Shown here: piece after piece, positions 57,013-59,750 of the stretch
Numbering within the stretch: position 1 is the stretch's first letter
Layout of the letters: each line of letters begins with the position of its first letter
Origin: an uncultured Dehalococcoidales bacterium
GTDB taxonomy: Bacteria; Chloroflexota; Dehalococcoidia; Dehalococcoidales; UBA2162
Length of the DNA stretch: 59,750 bases
Assembly (NCBI GenBank): GCA_964396535.1
Contig: CAYNFT010000001.1
Coordinates: 1-59,750, forward strand
Reading direction: 5' to 3'
Notes under the pieces: model-generated
The model's database searches: none
Seen by the model: only the letters and a program-made list of their open reading frames with translations
Told to the model about the DNA's origin: nothing
Translations under genes and position numbers: made by a program

Positions 57013-59750
57013 TCATTCCTCGTCACCTACTCCGCTCACGTCTGGCTCTGGCGCGCTATATTCACGATAGTAGTAGGTTACTACCCAGTCTTGAATACTG
57101 GGGATGTCTGTACTATAAGTACTGGACAGGTTAGCTCGGAGCCTTATCTGGTCATAGTCCGTGAGCACTGATGATATATCCACTGGAGAGGTATTAAAGC
57201 CGGCAGAGTTGCCCGGCAGCTCACCATCAGGGATGAGACTCCAGACTGAGCCGGTGTAGTATTCCAATTGATATATAATATCTGAATTGGTTTGTTCGGT
57301 GTCATTCCAGGAAAGCTGGATACCCACAGCAAAACGGGTAGCAGTATCTATAGGTATGGTCGTTGACCTGAGTGTACCTGAAGCCGAGACTGCTTTGTCG
57401 AACTCGACATATGTCTTGAACCAGAGGTCATGGTCGGTCATTGTCCAGTCGGTTCCACCGTTAGAGGAGTAGGAACGGTCACCATTCGCGTAGACATCAA
57501 CACTCTGATAGGCCACATTATAGTAGTTGGAGGCATCCCCACCGGTGGTCTTAACCACTATAGTATATCGTGTGCCACTGGTAATAGAAGCTGGCGTGGA
57601 GAAGAAGAACACGTAGTCCTTGGCTGAGGTGCCGATGTCACTTCTGCTGGCAGATGCATAAATTGTTCCCGTGGGCTGGTATTTCCCTGTGGCCGAGGTA
57701 ATGTAGGTTGTGAAGTACAAATCTGCGGAGCTATCGGGCATCCAGCTACCACCGCTATCGGAGGAAGCGCATTCTTTACCCAGTCCATAAGCATCGGAAT
57801 TCTGATAGCCCACTCCGTAGCAGTTGCTGGCATCACCGCCGCTGGTGTAGACAACAATGGCGTAGTTAGTCTCAGCGGTGATGCTATATGGCGAGCTGAA
57901 GACGAAGTCATATTCGCCGGCGGTGGTAATATCGCTTCTGGAGGTGCTGGCATACACCGTGCTGCCCGGGGTATCACCTACCTGCACTGTTATATACGTT
58001 CTGAAGTAAAGGTCGGTAAAGCTGCTTCCTATCCAGTCTGTTCCACTATTGATTGAAGAGCACTCCCTGCCGTTAGCGTAGGCATCGGAGTCCTGGTAGC
58101 TGACTCCATAATAATTGCTGGCATCGCCGCCGCTGGTGTAGATAACGATGGCGTACTTGGTGCCGGCGGTTACGGTATAGGGTGCAGAGTAGGTGAAGTC
58201 ATATTCGCCGGCGGTGGTAATATCGCTCCTTGAGGAGGTGGCATACACCGTGCTGCCCGGAACGTAGGCATTTATCGTCACATGGGTCTGAAAATAAAAG
58301 TCGTAGGTATCATATCCGGTCCAGGAGTTGCTGTAATCGCCAGAGTGGCATGCCCTGCCAATGGCATAGTCATTGGAGTTCTGAAGAAAAACAGGGTAAT
58401 TATTGCCTGCATCGCCGCCATCCGTCTTTATCACAATGGCGTATTTAACTCCGGAGGTAACTGAAGGCGGGGAACTGAAGGTAAAATCGTATGTGCTGAA
58501 CGAGGTGCCAATATCAAGGGAGTTTTTACTGGTGGTAGCATAGATAGTGGTGCCAGGTAAGTCGTCTACAGTGCAGTTCCGTATCTGCACGTCTATAGTA
58601 CCAAGAGGGTTTCCCATCTTTGTTCTGAAGTAAAGGTCAGTAGAGCTACTCCCTGTCCAATCTGCTCCGCCGTTTGTAGAAGAGCACTCCCTGCCGTTAG
58701 CGTAGGCATCGGAGTCCTGGTAGCTGACTCCATAATAATTGCTGGCATCGCCGCCGCTGGTATAGATAACGATGGAGTATTTGGTGCCGGAGGTTACGGC
58801 ATAGGGAGTAGAGTAGGTGAACTCATATTCGCCGGCGGTGGTGATATCGCTTCTGGAGGTGCTGGCATACACTGTGCTGCCCGGAATGTCTCCTGACGGT
58901 ACCGTTACGTATGTTCTGAAGAAAAGGTCAGTAGAGTTGCTCTCTGTCCAATCTGCTCCGCCGTTTGTAGAAGAGCACTCCCTGCCGTTAGCGTAGGCAT
59001 CGGAGTCCTGGTAGCTGACTCCATAATAATTGCTGGCATCGCCGCCGCTGGTATAGATAACGATGGAGTATTTGGTGCCGGAGGTTACGGCATAGGGAGT
59101 AGAGTAGGTGAACTCATATTCGCCGGCGGTGGTGATATCGCTTCTGGAGGTGCTGGCATACACTGTGCTGCCTGGAACGTATCCCGCCGGTACCGTTACG
59201 TATGTTCTGAAGTAGAGGTCGGTAGAGCTGCTCCCTGTCCAGTCTGCTCCGCCGTTTGTAGAAGAGCACTCCATGTTGTTAGCGTAGGCATCGGAGTCCT
59301 GGTAGCTGACTCCATAATAATTGCTGCCATCACCGCCGCTGGTATAGATAACGATGGAGTATTTGGTGCCGGAGGTTACAGAGTAGGGCGAAGGGTAGGT
59401 GAACTCATATTCTCCGGCGGTGGTGATATCGCTTCTGGAGGCGGTTGAATACACTGTGCTGCCCGGAGCATAGGCGCTTGTGGCAACATAGGTCTGAAAA
59501 TAGATATCCAAAGCGGGATATCCTACCCAGTCTGTTCCGGCGTTTGCGGACGCAGAAGCCCTGCCGTTTGCATATACATCAGAACCCTGGTAGTAAAGTG
59601 GGTAGTTATTGGAAGCATTACCACTGGCAGTGTAGATAACGATAGCGTACTTAACTCCAGAAGTAACACTGGCCGGTGAACTGAAGATGAAATCATATTG
59701 CCCCACAGCACCGATGTCACCGGGGTCCTTGCTGGCCGAAGCATAGACAG
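57013..59750 (-). CDS. giant tandem-repeat surface protein (N-terminus outside the window)
   Basis: The frame is open to the window edge. At least 9 modules of ~97 aa (PGSTVYASTSRSDITTAGEYEFTYSTPYAVTSGTKYSIVIYTSGGDASNYYGVSYQDSDAYANGRECSSTNGGADWT..DLYFRTYVTV) plus a distinct ~125-aa C-terminal domain. Confidence 0.85.
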   Translation of the reverse strand, partial: VYASASKDPGDIGAVGQYDFIFSSPASVTSGVKYAIVIYTASGNASNNYPLYYQGSDVYANGRASASANAGTDWVGYPALDIYFQTYVATSAYAPGSTVYSTASRSDITTAGEYEFTYPSPYSVTSGTKYSIVIYTSGGDGSNYYGVSYQDSDAYANNMECSSTNGGADWTGSSSTDLYFRTYVTVPAGYVPGSTVYASTSRSDITTAGEYEFTYSTPYAVTSGTKYSIVIYTSGGDASNYYGVSYQDSDAYANGRECSSTNGGADWTESNSTDLFFRTYVTVPSGDIPGSTVYASTSRSDITTAGEYEFTYSTPYAVTSGTKYSIVIYTSGGDASNYYGVSYQDSDAYANGRECSSTNGGADWTGSSSTDLYFRTKMGNPLGTIDVQIRNCTVDDLPGTTIYATTSKNSLDIGTSFSTYDFTFSSPPSVTSGVKYAIVIKTDGGDAGNNYPVFLQNSNDYAIGRACHSGDYSNSWTGYDTYDFYFQTHVTINAYVPGSTVYATSSRSDITTAGEYDFTYSAPYTVTAGTKYAIVIYTSGGDASNYYGVSYQDSDAYANGRECSSINSGTDWIGSSFTDLYFRTYITVQVGDTPGSTVYASTSRSDITTAGEYDFVFSSPYSITAETNYAIVVYTSGGDASNCYGVGYQNSDAYGLGKECASSDSGGSWMPDSSADLYFTTYITSATGKYQPTGTIYASASRSDIGTSAKDYVFFFSTPASITSGTRYTIVVKTTGGDASNYYNVAYQSVDVYANGDRSYSSNGGTDWTMTDHDLWFKTYVEFDKAVSASGTLRSTTIPIDTATRFAVGIQLSWNDTEQTNSDIIYQLEYYTGSVWSLIPDGELPGNSAGFNTSPVDISSVLTDYDQIRLRANLSSTYSTDIPSIQDWVVTYYYREYSAPEPDVSGVGDEE
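58621..59493. repeat. three near-identical 291 bp tandem units inside the giant gene
   Basis: tgttctgaag recurs at 58621, 58912 and 59203. Long stretches are identical between units. Confidence 0.9.

Overview
This is a bacterial chromosomal window, as shown by a T-box leader, dnaX-ybaB-recR, recO, lipobox lipoproteins and a tRNA-Cys with U73. A Chloroflexota/Dehalococcoidia-like origin is only a guess. Intact housekeeping blocks are: C_GCAxxG protein-aor-MoaD-like, carB, a T-box-controlled trpEGDCF-x-BA operon, dnaX-ybaB-recR, recO, lysS, serS, rph and proB/proA. Four kinds of unusual material lie between them. (1) At least 17 copies of an 80-130 bp two-hairpin intergenic repeat whose stem arms change together; some copies carry an SD-like tail directly upstream of start codons. 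(2) AT-richer genes wedged into conserved operons: an HsdR_N-like PD-(D/E)xK gene between trpF and trpB, a DNA methyltransferase plus an all-alpha HEPN-like gene between proB and proA, and a paralogue of that gene after lysS. (3) Three decay zones. At 7.1-12.8 kb five genes are disrupted. At 38.5-41.8 kb a UGSC-type putative selenoprotein gene with an in-frame TGA is split by a 2.3 kb insert carrying an orphan ABC substrate-binding gene. At 53.9-54.5 kb there are gene fragments and a tRNA-3'-like scrap. (4) Unusual proteins: a CetZ/tubulin-like GTPase in a bacterial context, a collagen-like/beta-propeller lipoprotein with a perfect 120 bp tandem duplication, and a surface-protein operon whose giant member has 97-aa tandem repeats, three of them nearly identical at DNA level. 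Every call comes from reading the translations and the sequence by eye. No database search was run.
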